From Candidatus Latescibacterota bacterium (GTDB lineage Bacteria; Latescibacterota; UBA2968; GCA-2709665), in contig OZ244744.1 in NCBI GenBank assembly GCA_965219455.1, positions 5,408,001-5,472,000 on the forward strand: a stretch of DNA of 64,000 nucleotides, in the 5' to 3' direction. This document shows, piece after piece, positions 18,515 to 28,573 of this stretch (position 1 is the stretch's first letter; each line of letters starts with the position of its first letter). The translations under genes were made by a program, and so were the position numbers. The notes under the pieces were generated by a model, which saw only the letters and a program-made list of their open reading frames with translations, searched no databases and was not told the origin of the DNA.

Positions 18515-19582
18515 ATGAACGTCGGAAATCCGGTCAACCCCCGAAGCCTGTTGCAGCGCCTCGACGATGACGTGGTGATCTGCGCCGAGGGTTATCTGTT
18601 TGAACTCGAGCGCCGAGGGTATCTGCAGGCGGGCCCTTTCGTTCCGGAAGTCGTGCTCGAGCATCCCGAGGTCGTGGCCGGGTTGCACCGGGAATTCTGG
18701 CGTGCGGGTTCGGACGTGATTGAGGCGTTTACGTATTACGCCCATCGCGAAAAGCTGCGCCTTATCGGCAAGGAACATCTTCTGGAACCACTGCAGAAAA
18801 GTGCGCTGGCGATAGCGAAATCGGTCGCCGCCTCGGTCGAAGGAGAACGCCCGCTGGTTGCCGGCAACATTTGCAATACCAACATTTGGGATCCGGAGGA
18901 TCGCACAACGGACGCGCAGGTTGCAGCGATGTTCGACGAACAGGTGGCCTGGGCGGTTGAGGCGGGAGTCGATTTCATAATCGCGGAGACATTCTCCTTT
19001 TTCGGGGAGGCCGCGTTGGCGCTGGCGTCTGTCAAACGCGCTGGATTGTCGGCCGTGGTGACCTTTGCTCACCATCGGGAGGAAGGGTTGAGGGATGGGA
19101 TCCTGCTGGATGAGGCCGCAAAACGTCTGGAGCAGGCCGGAGCGGAAGTCGTGGGGGTAAATTGCACGAGAGGACCAAAGACGATGCTGCCCGACGTGGA
19201 ACGCATTCGGCGCGCGGTATCGTGTCACGTAGCGGCATTGCCTGTTCCGTATCGCACGACGGAGAATCAGCCGACGTTTCAGTCCCTTCAGGAGCCGGGC
19301 TCCGAGCCGCCACCTGCAGAACGTTCGTTTCCGACGGCGTTGGATCCCTTTACCTGCCACAGGTACGAAATGGCCGCGTTTGCCCGTCGGGCCTTCGATA
19401 TGGGTGTCCGATACCTGGGCGCCTGCTGCGGATCCGGGCCTCATCACGTCAGATCAATCGCGGAAGCGTTGGGACGAATCCCGCGTGCCAGCCGGTACTC
19501 TCCGGACATGTCCAGGCACTATGCGCTGGGCAGCGATTCCAGCCTGAAGAACCAAAACCGGGATTTTGTCGATAAGTTGTGA
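18515..19582 (+). CDS. Betaine-homocysteine S-methyltransferase-like enzyme
   Basis: EGYLFELERRGYLQAGPFVPEVVLEHP, GVNC, FPTALDP, YLGACCG. Confidence 0.88.
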   Translation: MNVGNPVNPRSLLQRLDDDVVICAEGYLFELERRGYLQAGPFVPEVVLEHPEVVAGLHREFWRAGSDVIEAFTYYAHREKLRLIGKEHLLEPLQKSALAIAKSVAASVEGERPLVAGNICNTNIWDPEDRTTDAQVAAMFDEQVAWAVEAGVDFIIAETFSFFGEAALALASVKRAGLSAVVTFAHHREEGLRDGILLDEAAKRLEQAGAEVVGVNCTRGPKTMLPDVERIRRAVSCHVAALPVPYRTTENQPTFQSLQEPGSEPPPAERSFPTALDPFTCHRYEMAAFARRAFDMGVRYLGACCGSGPHHVRSIAEALGRIPRASRYSPDMSRHYALGSDSSLKNQNRDFVDKL

Positions 19583-19637
19583 GATATCCCGTGGCCACAC
19601 CGTATTGGCAATCGTGTATTTTCTCGGAATTCTCCCT

Positions 19638-19723
19638 GTGTCCCGGAGGGCGCAAGCGCCGAGTCGGCCATGACGATGGATCCACCGGCGGAGGAATGGT
19701 GACATATTTCCGGGACGGGACAC
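19638..19723. repeat. MITE/REP-like short element, copy 2 (inverted relative to copy 1)
   Basis: Ends GTGTCCCG...CGGGACAC; right half matches 1587-1624 in reverse complement. Confidence 0.55.
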
Positions 19724-19747
19724 AAGTTTCGGAATCGACCCGGAGCG

Positions 19748-21358
19748 TTGAAGTCGATGCGATCCTGCGCGGACGCCATTGCGGAAACTTTGCACGAAGG
19801 AAGGGTCCGGTACGTATTCGGTCATCCGGGCGGCGAGGTCGTGGATCTGATCGATGCGCTGGAGAACACGGGAATACGATTCGTGCTGACCGGCCACGAG
19901 GCCGCCGCGGCCTTTATGGCCAGCGCGATCGGGCGCCTGACCGGGACTCCTGGCGTCTGCCTGGCGACACTGGGGCCAGGCGGCTGCAATCTGGTTCTGG
20001 GGGTCGGCTCCGCTTACCTCGACAGGGACCCGATGCTGGCGATTTCAGCGCGGAGCCCCACATCGCGGGCCAGAGTGAGCGAGAAACAGAATCTGCTTCT
20101 CAATGAGCTGTTCGATCCCATCTGCAAATGGTCCGTCGCCCTGGGAACAACCGGCGTGGAAGCGACGGTGCGGTCCGCGTTGACGCTTTCGGCGGCGCCG
20201 CCTGTCGGCCCGGTGTACCTCACGATACCGAATGACGTCGCAGTGGCCGATACGGCGCCCGGCGTGGCAGCGTCGCCACCCTCCACGTCTCGCGTGTGCA
20301 ACGGGGACCTCGAAGCGATAACAAGGGCACTGAATCGGGCCGAACGTCCTGTTGGTGTTGTGGGCGTCGCCTTGAATGCCCGGCTGGATTCCGCCGCAGT
20401 GCGTCGGTTTTTTACGGAATCGCAAATCCCCTACGTTGTTCTTCCACAGGCAAAGGGCATTCCGGATGAGTTTGGTCCGGGGTATCTGGGCACCGTGGCG
20501 TCGGCCGCAGGAGACGCCGTACTTGTGAATCTGATCGGTCTCAGCGATTGCTTGCTGGGCGTGGGTTTCGATCCCGTGGAGTCGGCGCAGGACTGGCATC
20601 TTCGCCATCCGGTCTACTCCCTGGCCAATTCCTCAATTGCCTTTGGCGACTTTAAACCGGTTGCGGAGTGTGTGGGCGACGTCACATCCATGCTCGATCG
20701 GTTGCTGGAGGTGTATGACCGAGGCGCACGCTGGACGGCGGCCGAAATTCGCAACGCGCAGGTTGCCGTCGCGGATGCGATCCGTCCCGGGACGGATGCC
20801 AGCACAAACGGTCTTTCCCCTTACCACTTAATGCGTGAATTGCGCGATACGCTGCCCGAGGAGACCATTCTGTCAGTCGACGTAGGCGCCCACAAGATGC
20901 TGGTTTCGCAGGTCTGGCGGGCGCGTTCGCCAGGAACCTTTCTGACGTCGAACGGCCTGTCCGCGATGGGCTACGGGCTGCCGACGGCGCTGGCGGCGGC
21001 GCTGATCCGGCCAGGCCGACCGGTGGCAGGCGTGTTCGGGGACGCCGGTTTCGCGATGATGGTTCAGGAATTGGAAACGGCGCGCAGGTTGGACCTGCGT
21101 CCGTTACTGGTCGTGCTCTGCGACCGATCTCTGGCGATCGTCAAGGTCGCACAGGCCATGCGTAACATCCCTTACCGGGGCGTTGATTTCCAACCGGTGG
21201 ACTGGGCAAAGGTCGCTGACGGGTTCGGCGCACGGGGTTTAACCGTGACCACCCTGGACGCAGTGCGGAGGGTGGGGGAAGCGTGGCTGGCAAAACCGCA
21301 GTTGACGGTCGTGGCTGCGCGGGTGGACGATGAATTATACACAGCGCTGGAATATTGA
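19748..21358 (+). CDS. Thiamine diphosphate-dependent enzyme (acetolactate synthase-like)
   Basis: VFGHPGG, HEAAAAFMA, TLGPG, SAMGYGLP, GDAGFAM. Confidence 0.9.
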   Translation: MKSMRSCADAIAETLHEGRVRYVFGHPGGEVVDLIDALENTGIRFVLTGHEAAAAFMASAIGRLTGTPGVCLATLGPGGCNLVLGVGSAYLDRDPMLAISARSPTSRARVSEKQNLLLNELFDPICKWSVALGTTGVEATVRSALTLSAAPPVGPVYLTIPNDVAVADTAPGVAASPPSTSRVCNGDLEAITRALNRAERPVGVVGVALNARLDSAAVRRFFTESQIPYVVLPQAKGIPDEFGPGYLGTVASAAGDAVLVNLIGLSDCLLGVGFDPVESAQDWHLRHPVYSLANSSIAFGDFKPVAECVGDVTSMLDRLLEVYDRGARWTAAEIRNAQVAVADAIRPGTDASTNGLSPYHLMRELRDTLPEETILSVDVGAHKMLVSQVWRARSPGTFLTSNGLSAMGYGLPTALAAALIRPGRPVAGVFGDAGFAMMVQELETARRLDLRPLLVVLCDRSLAIVKVAQAMRNIPYRGVDFQPVDWAKVADGFGARGLTVTTLDAVRRVGEAWLAKPQLTVVAARVDDELYTALEY

Positions 21359-21412
21359 AATCCCGTGGCGTTCCGGTATCGGAACGCCCGGGATGTGAAC
21401 GTGAGGTAACTC

Positions 21413-22750
21413 GTGCGTTTACCTGAACACGCGAAATATCTGATCATTGGCGCCGGGGTGCACGGTCTGAGCACCGGATTTCACCTCGCGCAAGACTTGA
21501 AAAGGCGACGCCGGGGAGGCGGGTCTGACGTGCTGATTGTGGACAAAACAGGGGTGGCCGCGGGCGCTTCCGGCATCGCCTGCGGCGTCATCCGAAACAA
21601 CTATTACCAACCGGCCATGCGCGAACTGATGGCTCACAGCGTCCATATATGGGAAACCGATCCGGAGGCATTCAGTTATCACCCCGTTGGGTACATGCAG
21701 ATAAGCCCCGAGTCCATGCACGAGGATGTTGCGAGCATCGCTCAACAGCAGCGCAAAATCGGTTACGAATCTGAGTTTATAGAAGGAGAAGCAGACTGCC
21801 TGAAATATATGCGGGGGCTGTTTCACGACTGGCAGGCCAGGGGAATCACATCCGTTCTTCACGAAAAAAAGGGGGGATATGCCAACAACCGGACGTCGAT
21901 GATGGGTCTGGCCGACAAGAGCAGGAGCGAAGGCGTGGGGATTCTGGAAGGCGTTGCGGTGACCGGATTTAGGTACGATGGCGGTGCAATATCGGCGGTG
22001 GAAACGGATCACGGCGTGATCCGGGCAGACGAGGTTATCATTGCCGTGGGGCCGTGGGCGAAATTGCTCTGGGAAATGCTGGACCTGCCCACGTCGGTGA
22101 GCATTAAGGGTTCGGATGGCGCCATGCATCACGATATCCCGATGTGGAATTACTGGTGTCTTCAGGAAGGTACGCTGGGCGTGGACCCTCATTATCTCAA
22201 AACCAACGACGGCAGGATGCCTCCGGTGATTCATCTGGACACAGACGCACCGCTGTATTCGGACGTCGACGGTTCGCTGATTACGGATCGCCTGTGGGGA
22301 ATATATTACAAACCCGATTTCCACTTCGGGGGCGTGCAGGGAGGGGCTATGCCCTACAGGGTGGAAAGACCACCGGGCGAAGTTGCGGTGGACCCCTATG
22401 GTCCGGAATCTCCCGATTTTATCGTTGGCGACCAGTTCGCGCACCAGTGGTGTTCCGCACTGGCATTTTGTCATAAGCGGTTCGAAGGAAAGTCTCAACT
22501 CTTCAAAAAGGAGCCGTCCGGTGGCATCGGCGCGTTTACACCCGATAGTTTCCCGGTGTTCGACCGGTTTCACAAGAACTGTTACATCATTGCGGATTCC
22601 AACCACGGGTACAAGATGATTGGCGTGGGTAAGCTGGTGGCGGAGGAACTGCTGGGGCAACGCTCCCGTCTCCTGGAGCCGTTCCGTTTTTCCCGTTATG
22701 CCAAGGGTAGACTGCACCCGGTGTCCAACAGCCCGTTTCCCTGGAGTTGA
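21413..22750 (+). CDS. FAD-dependent amine oxidoreductase (DAO/sarcosine oxidase beta-like)
   Basis: IIGAGVHGLS, GASGIACG, FTPDSFP, HGYKM. Confidence 0.88.
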   Translation: MRLPEHAKYLIIGAGVHGLSTGFHLAQDLKRRRRGGGSDVLIVDKTGVAAGASGIACGVIRNNYYQPAMRELMAHSVHIWETDPEAFSYHPVGYMQISPESMHEDVASIAQQQRKIGYESEFIEGEADCLKYMRGLFHDWQARGITSVLHEKKGGYANNRTSMMGLADKSRSEGVGILEGVAVTGFRYDGGAISAVETDHGVIRADEVIIAVGPWAKLLWEMLDLPTSVSIKGSDGAMHHDIPMWNYWCLQEGTLGVDPHYLKTNDGRMPPVIHLDTDAPLYSDVDGSLITDRLWGIYYKPDFHFGGVQGGAMPYRVERPPGEVAVDPYGPESPDFIVGDQFAHQWCSALAFCHKRFEGKSQLFKKEPSGGIGAFTPDSFPVFDRFHKNCYIIADSNHGYKMIGVGKLVAEELLGQRSRLLEPFRFSRYAKGRLHPVSNSPFPWS

Positions 22751-22920
22751 GATTCGACCGCGAGCATCCGGACACCCCGATGCCAGAGAGCGCCGATAAG
22801 TCAATCCAGGCCAGTGACGTCAATACGCCCGGCCCCTTGTTGAAATCCGGTTGCTGCATTTCGCGGCCACAAATTGGAAACCCGGTGGCCCGCTTCAGGA
22901 GCACACAGGGAGATGTACTG

Positions 22921-24168
22921 ATGCAACAACCCGACGTCCGGCGACGCATGCGGGTTCGGCAAACGGATTGGGGCGACGCTGTGCGTATCGATCTCAATCA
23001 ACTGGGCGCGCGGTTGCCATCGCAGGGAATGCAGGGCGCGACATGGTCGGAAGCAACCAGCGAGGCATTGCGGGACGAATGGTCGGAATCCCAGAACGAG
23101 GCGCTTTGCGACACGATGGCGGAGGTCGCCGCCAGATGGGGCGGGACCTTCGATTCGTTTGCTGAGTGGACGGTTTTGCACAACAAGCTGTACGACGGCA
23201 CCCACATGCGCGATGTGCGCCGGGCGCGGTTCAGCCACGGGTACCGCGCGGCGATCACGACACTCGGCTGGGCGCATCCTGAGACCAGACTTTCCACGTG
23301 TATTCAGGCAGTGGGTTATGTTCCGAAAGCCAAGGTGACGTTCGAGCAGGCCATGTGGCGGCCGGAATCACTGTACAATACTGAGTTTATGGCGCTTGCG
23401 CCTGCCGTGGTGACGCGGTTCGGCGGTGGCCGGCACGTCCACTTGTCGGGCGTTGTCGCGTGGGACGAGGAGATAAATCCGCAATTCGAAGGACAGCCGG
23501 AACGTCAGGTTTCCCGCGTGTTCGACCTCATTGAGGACGTCTTCCAGGAGGCGGGAGGATCGCTGGCCGACGTTGTGCGACTCCGCCCATTCGCTCACTG
23601 TACGAGGATTGCGAGACTCATCCGAGCGGAGGTCAGCCGCCGCTGGGCGGGCCATCCACGGCCCGTGGTGATGATGTCGGACAGCCGGCGCTTTGGCGAT
23701 CCCCCAAGGCTGTATGCGGAAATTCAGGTCATGGGGGTCATGTCGGACGGCCATAGTGGTGTGCGGCACTCGGAAATGGATCTTCCTGCCGGGATTCCTG
23801 ATGAGGGCGCCACGCGTATTCGCTTCAGTCGGGCTCGTGATTGGGAACTGATCCAGGTAGGCGAACTGCGGGCGCCGCCGGGTACGGACCCGAACCGGGA
23901 GGCCGAGCACGTCACCGGACAGATGGCCGCGGCCCTCGAACGAGTATCGCTTACGCGGAGCGATGTCTGTTTGACATTCGCCTACGTCAGTTCAGCGGAA
24001 GCTGCCACAGCTTTCCAGGAAGCCGTGACCCAGGCGGCGCCGATGGACACAGTGCACGTGTTGCCCTGTCCCGCAATGCCCGAACTGGAGGGACGACGTA
24101 TCAAGGTGGAGATGACGGCCAGAAGACGCCTGGCGCCGGTATCGAGGACGGGTTCCGTGCGCCCCTGA
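22921..24168 (+). CDS. Multi-domain RidA/YjgF-like protein
   Basis: VHLSGVVA..QVSRVFDLIEDVFQEAGGSLADVVRL..YAEIQV, with similar degenerate units before and after; ATG 22921 after GGGAG. Confidence 0.65.
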   Translation: MQQPDVRRRMRVRQTDWGDAVRIDLNQLGARLPSQGMQGATWSEATSEALRDEWSESQNEALCDTMAEVAARWGGTFDSFAEWTVLHNKLYDGTHMRDVRRARFSHGYRAAITTLGWAHPETRLSTCIQAVGYVPKAKVTFEQAMWRPESLYNTEFMALAPAVVTRFGGGRHVHLSGVVAWDEEINPQFEGQPERQVSRVFDLIEDVFQEAGGSLADVVRLRPFAHCTRIARLIRAEVSRRWAGHPRPVVMMSDSRRFGDPPRLYAEIQVMGVMSDGHSGVRHSEMDLPAGIPDEGATRIRFSRARDWELIQVGELRAPPGTDPNREAEHVTGQMAAALERVSLTRSDVCLTFAYVSSAEAATAFQEAVTQAAPMDTVHVLPCPAMPELEGRRIKVEMTARRRLAPVSRTGSVRP

Positions 24169-24294
24169 CGGTATCGGTTCCGTAGGGTCGTACAAGACAC
24201 GATTCTCGCGAACCATCCTGGAACGTTCTTCACCACAGACTGGTCTAATGCATAGAGTGCTGCATACCATCTGAACCCCCATAAGGGTCTGAAA

Positions 24295-25185
24295 ATGCGT
24301 ATAATGGCGGCGGGTTTGACGAAATTCTATCCGAAGGGGACCGTGCCTGCGCTGGATAGCGTCGACCTGGAGATCGGTCAGGGGACATTCGGGCTCCTGG
24401 GTCCGAACGGTGCGGGAAAAACCACGCTCATCAAGATTCTCTCAACCCAGATGGCGCCAACCACCGGGCAGGTAAGGATCGGTGCGTGGGATCTGCAGCG
24501 GAATCGTTCCGAAGTGCGTCGAAGGCTGGGTTATCTTCCTCAACACTTCGGGGCGTATCCGCAACTGACGGCGTGGGAGTTTCTGGATTATATGGACCGG
24601 CTGGCGGTCGGGCGGCGTCGGAGCGGGAGAAAGGCGCGGGTGCGGGATGCGTTGGAGAACGTGGGGCTCTACGATGTGCGCAACCGGCGGACCGGCACGT
24701 ATTCCGGCGGAATGATGCGGCGGCTCGGCATTGCGCAGGCCATCGTCGGTGATCCTGAAATCCTGGTTGTGGACGAGCCCACGGTGGGCCTGGATCCTGA
24801 AGAACGCATACGCTTCAGGGGGATCCTCGCCCGGTTGAGTCGAGACAGGGTCATCTTGATTTCCACCCATATTGTGGGTGATATTTCGAGTACCTGCGAT
24901 GATCTGGCCGTGCTGAATGCCGGACGGATCGTCTACAGGGGTTCGCCAGCGGCGTTAGTTGCTCGCGCGAATGGCAAGACCTGGCGCGTACAGGCGGACG
25001 ACGCCGGATTCGAGACAATCTCCAAACGGTTTCTGGTCGTGACGGTTGCCGTGGACGGTGGCCGGATGGATCTTCGGATCGTGGGCGATGGCCAACCACC
25101 CGCCAACGCGGAACCGGTTTCACCGAATCTTGAAGATGCGTATGTCTATTTTATGGGTAGTGAGAATCTGGAAAGGGCGGCGTAA
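24295..25185 (+). CDS. ABC exporter ATP-binding protein
   Basis: GPNGAGKTT, YSGGM, VVDEPT, STH. Confidence 0.95.
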   Translation: MRIMAAGLTKFYPKGTVPALDSVDLEIGQGTFGLLGPNGAGKTTLIKILSTQMAPTTGQVRIGAWDLQRNRSEVRRRLGYLPQHFGAYPQLTAWEFLDYMDRLAVGRRRSGRKARVRDALENVGLYDVRNRRTGTYSGGMMRRLGIAQAIVGDPEILVVDEPTVGLDPEERIRFRGILARLSRDRVILISTHIVGDISSTCDDLAVLNAGRIVYRGSPAALVARANGKTWRVQADDAGFETISKRFLVVTVAVDGGRMDLRIVGDGQPPANAEPVSPNLEDAYVYFMGSENLERAA

Positions 25186-25197
25186 GTCGCATTGAGC

Positions 25198-28100
25198 ATG
25201 AATTCGGCTTTCACCATATTGTCGGTCGCCAGATACGAACGCAAATTGCTGATGCGGACGATCAGATTTCGCATTCTGGGCGGTATCGGCGTACTTATCC
25301 CCGTTGTTCTGGGCGTGGGCCTGGCCATCGCGGAAGCCCGAGGCGTTGAATTCGAGTCTGTCAGCGGAATCGGCGCCTATATGCCCTTTTTCGTCTACAG
25401 TTTCCTGCAGACCGTCGTGATTGCGTTTATCGTCGGAGATTTCCGCGCCGGCGATGAGCGCGCAGGAATCTACGAGGTGGTTGCGGCCCGGCCGCTGTCC
25501 ACGGCCGAATTGGTCATGGGCAAATACCTGGGTGTTCTGGGTGCTCTCATTACGCTGAGCCTGGTTGTGCTGGTGCTCAGCCTGGGGGTACACGCGGCCA
25601 AGATCAGTATTACCGGTGCGCCGTTTGCCATTCGACCCTATCTGGCGTACTTGCTACTGCTGAACCTTCCGGGGCTCGTTTATATGTCCGCCCTTACGTT
25701 TTTTCTTGGTGCGGTGTTGCGTCGACAGGCTGCAGTGACGGTGCTGACCATTGCTTACGTCCTGGTTGTGCTTTTGTTTCTGGGAAGCCGATACGGCGGT
25801 ATTTACGATTTCGGTGCATTTTTCGCCCCCGTGTTCTATTCGGATATGCTCGGTCTTGGCGATATCCAACGTGTCGTGGAAATCCGATTTTTCTATATGA
25901 TGGCAGCCCTGTTTTTCTTCGGTTTGTCAATCGACCGGTATCCGCGCCTGCCGCAGTCCCGGCCCTGGCGCAGGTTCGGCCGATGTCTGACCGCCGGCGG
26001 TTTCGTCGCCGCGCTGGGCGTGTTCCTGTATATGGAGAGCCGGGACGCGGCCGATCTCGAATACAGGTCGGCACAGTTGGAAGTTCAGGAAAGATATGCC
26101 GAACAGCCGGCCGCTGCCGTAACCCATTACGCGCTGGACCTGGACCTGGCGACAGACAAGGCGCCACTGCGGGGCACGGCGGTTCTGAAAGTCCTGAACC
26201 CTCATCCCGTGCCGCTGGATACCCTCGTTTTCTCTCTCAACCCTGGATTGAAATTGCGGTCTGTGGGCACACAACAGGGAGGAGGCGTTACTGTCAGATG
26301 GCGGCGCGAATATTCTACCGTGCGGGTCGCGCGACCACTCCAACCCGATAGCCTGGCGACACTGGTGTTTGTGTACGACGGTTCGATCGACCGCAGCGGA
26401 TTCGATCTGAGGCGTCATCCGGACGCAAGGCGTTTGCAGAAAAGGCGCGCCGGGCCGGGAAGAAAAGGTGATCTGACCGCCTGGATTCGCCGCAATTCCG
26501 TATTCCTGCCGCCACGCAGCAGATGGTATCCCTCACCCGGCGTGGACTACGGGCATCAGGACGGAAAACCCCTTTCCTTCGCCACCGCAGATCTCAATAT
26601 TTCACTTCCCGCCGGGCTGGAAGTTGTGACCCAGGGTGTGCCGGTGAACCGGAAACCAATGGGCGGACGGGAGACGCATACATGGAAAGTGGAACGCCCT
26701 GTACCTGTTCTTTCGCTCAACGCGGGCGTCTATCGTGTCTATCAGGCGGAAATCCATGATATCCAATGCGCCATTTACGTGCATCCGGCCCACGCCAGAC
26801 AGGTCACCTTCTTCGAAGACGCGAAGGACGATGCCCTCAATACACTCGGCGAAATCCTGGATAGTGTTGAGCAGGAAACCAGCCTGGCCTATCCCTACCA
26901 ACGCCTATCGGTCGTTGAGGTGCCATTCCAGGTACAATGGTATTACGACGGATGGGAGGAAGCCGGTGGATTGGTGCAGCCCGGTGTGCTGATGCTGGAA
27001 GAGGACGTCCTGATGCGGTTGAGGTTACGGCAGCGGTTGAAGTGGATGCAGCGACGGCAGCGGCGAAACGACGACCCTGCGAGAATCAAACGGGATTTGC
27101 TGGTCAGAACGATGCTGAATACGTTTCTGGCGCAGGAATCGTCTCAAAGTGGAATATACCGGAGTCCCGTTGCGCAACTCTGGTCGTTCAACAAGGGATT
27201 CGAAGGCGAGCACTATTCCCTGCTGAAACGCGGTATGCCTGTCTATATGCAGAAACATCTCCTTACCAATCTGCAACAGACATTCTATTCGCGGCGGGGG
27301 CGCTTCCGGGGGCGGTTCCGGCGTAGCAGGGGCGCACGCGGCGTCTCCTGGGATACGGTAACGGCCAGGATGCGGCAGCGTTCCTTTTCGGAACTGGACC
27401 CGAATGACGATGCGGAACTCTACCGGGCGGTCGTCGATGCCAAGGGCGCCTCCATGTTCGGCATGATGCAGGCTGTGGTTGGAGACGAGGCATTCAGGGA
27501 CGTGGTAAGCGGATTCGAGGAAGCGAATCGGCATGCGGGTGTCGACTTCGCTTCGTTTGAGCGGGCGGCTGTGGGAGATTCCTCGCGCCAGGTGAACAAA
27601 CCCAACCTGAATCGCCTGGTCCGCGACTGGCTGCACGGCACCCAGGTTCCGGGGTACACACTGACACGGGCAAAAGCATATAAAGCGGACGACGGGTGGG
27701 GTATGATGACGTACCAGGTCATCGTACGGATCCGTAACGGTGAGTCGGGTCGCGGGTTCGTCCAGATTCGAGCGATGGGTGCCGAGGACGAGGCGGTAAA
27801 GGGAGTCGAGATAGAGGGAGGGCAGGAAGTCGAGGTGGGGTTGATCCTCTGGGAGCGGCCCTCAAGGATAAGCGTCGAGCCCTTTTTTTCACGCAACCGG
27901 CGCGTCCTGATGGCGCCGCTGCGCATACCCGAGCAGCCGATGGACGGATCCGCCACGACCTACGTGAGGGAGGTTGCCCCGGATGAGACCGGATTGACCG
28001 AGATAATCGTTGACAACGATGATGAAGGCTTCGAGATGCCGGTCCGCAGGGTGCGGCGTTATCTTCGGCCGCAGTTGAAGGGCGACAACTGGCAGGAAAG

Positions 28101-28560
28101 GCAGATGCCGTTTTCCTTCGGCCGGTATGAGAGCAACTTCCGGTGGAAGAAACCCGGCGACGGCGCGCAACCGGCCGTCTGGACCGCCAGGTTGCCCCAC
28201 AGCGGGGATTACGATGTTTACTATTATTTCCTTTCCCACAGATTCTCCAGGCGTCTTCGCATGGCATCGGAATTCAATCTGGCCGTTTACCACGGTGGCG
28301 AGGTGGATACACTGGCGGTCGAAGCACACAAACTGAAGGCGGGCTGGAACGTCCTCGGACGTTACCGGTTCGAGGGTGGGGAATTGGCACGTGTCGAATT
28401 GTCCGACCGCGCCAACGGGCGGCTGTACGCCGACGCAGTGCGCTGGAGGTACGTAGACCCTGACCATCCGGAGGACGTATATGAAGAGGAACTTCCCAAC
28501 TGGAACTTCGGCCGCGGCCGGCGCGGTGGGCGCGGACAAAGCCGCGGAGGACGATGGTAA
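25198..28560 (+). CDS. ABC-2 type permease fused to an M1-aminopeptidase-like ectodomain and a C-terminal beta-sandwich
   Basis: About 7 N-terminal TM helices; HYALDL, LNPGL, WYP, YPY..L.VVEVP, KG; no HEXXH seen; C-terminal IIVDNDD...YADAVRW. Confidence 0.75.
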   Translation: MNSAFTILSVARYERKLLMRTIRFRILGGIGVLIPVVLGVGLAIAEARGVEFESVSGIGAYMPFFVYSFLQTVVIAFIVGDFRAGDERAGIYEVVAARPLSTAELVMGKYLGVLGALITLSLVVLVLSLGVHAAKISITGAPFAIRPYLAYLLLLNLPGLVYMSALTFFLGAVLRRQAAVTVLTIAYVLVVLLFLGSRYGGIYDFGAFFAPVFYSDMLGLGDIQRVVEIRFFYMMAALFFFGLSIDRYPRLPQSRPWRRFGRCLTAGGFVAALGVFLYMESRDAADLEYRSAQLEVQERYAEQPAAAVTHYALDLDLATDKAPLRGTAVLKVLNPHPVPLDTLVFSLNPGLKLRSVGTQQGGGVTVRWRREYSTVRVARPLQPDSLATLVFVYDGSIDRSGFDLRRHPDARRLQKRRAGPGRKGDLTAWIRRNSVFLPPRSRWYPSPGVDYGHQDGKPLSFATADLNISLPAGLEVVTQGVPVNRKPMGGRETHTWKVERPVPVLSLNAGVYRVYQAEIHDIQCAIYVHPAHARQVTFFEDAKDDALNTLGEILDSVEQETSLAYPYQRLSVVEVPFQVQWYYDGWEEAGGLVQPGVLMLEEDVLMRLRLRQRLKWMQRRQRRNDDPARIKRDLLVRTMLNTFLAQESSQSGIYRSPVAQLWSFNKGFEGEHYSLLKRGMPVYMQKHLLTNLQQTFYSRRGRFRGRFRRSRGARGVSWDTVTARMRQRSFSELDPNDDAELYRAVVDAKGASMFGMMQAVVGDEAFRDVVSGFEEANRHAGVDFASFERAAVGDSSRQVNKPNLNRLVRDWLHGTQVPGYTLTRAKAYKADDGWGMMTYQVIVRIRNGESGRGFVQIRAMGAEDEAVKGVEIEGGQEVEVGLILWERPSRISVEPFFSRNRRVLMAPLRIPEQPMDGSATTYVREVAPDETGLTEIIVDNDDEGFEMPVRRVRRYLRPQLKGDNWQERQMPFSFGRYESNFRWKKPGDGAQPAVWTARLPHSGDYDVYYYFLSHRFSRRLRMASEFNLAVYHGGEVDTLAVEAHKLKAGWNVLGRYRFEGGELARVELSDRANGRLYADAVRWRYVDPDHPEDVYEEELPNWNFGRGRRGGRGQSRGGRW

Positions 28561-28573
28561 TTAATTATGTAAC

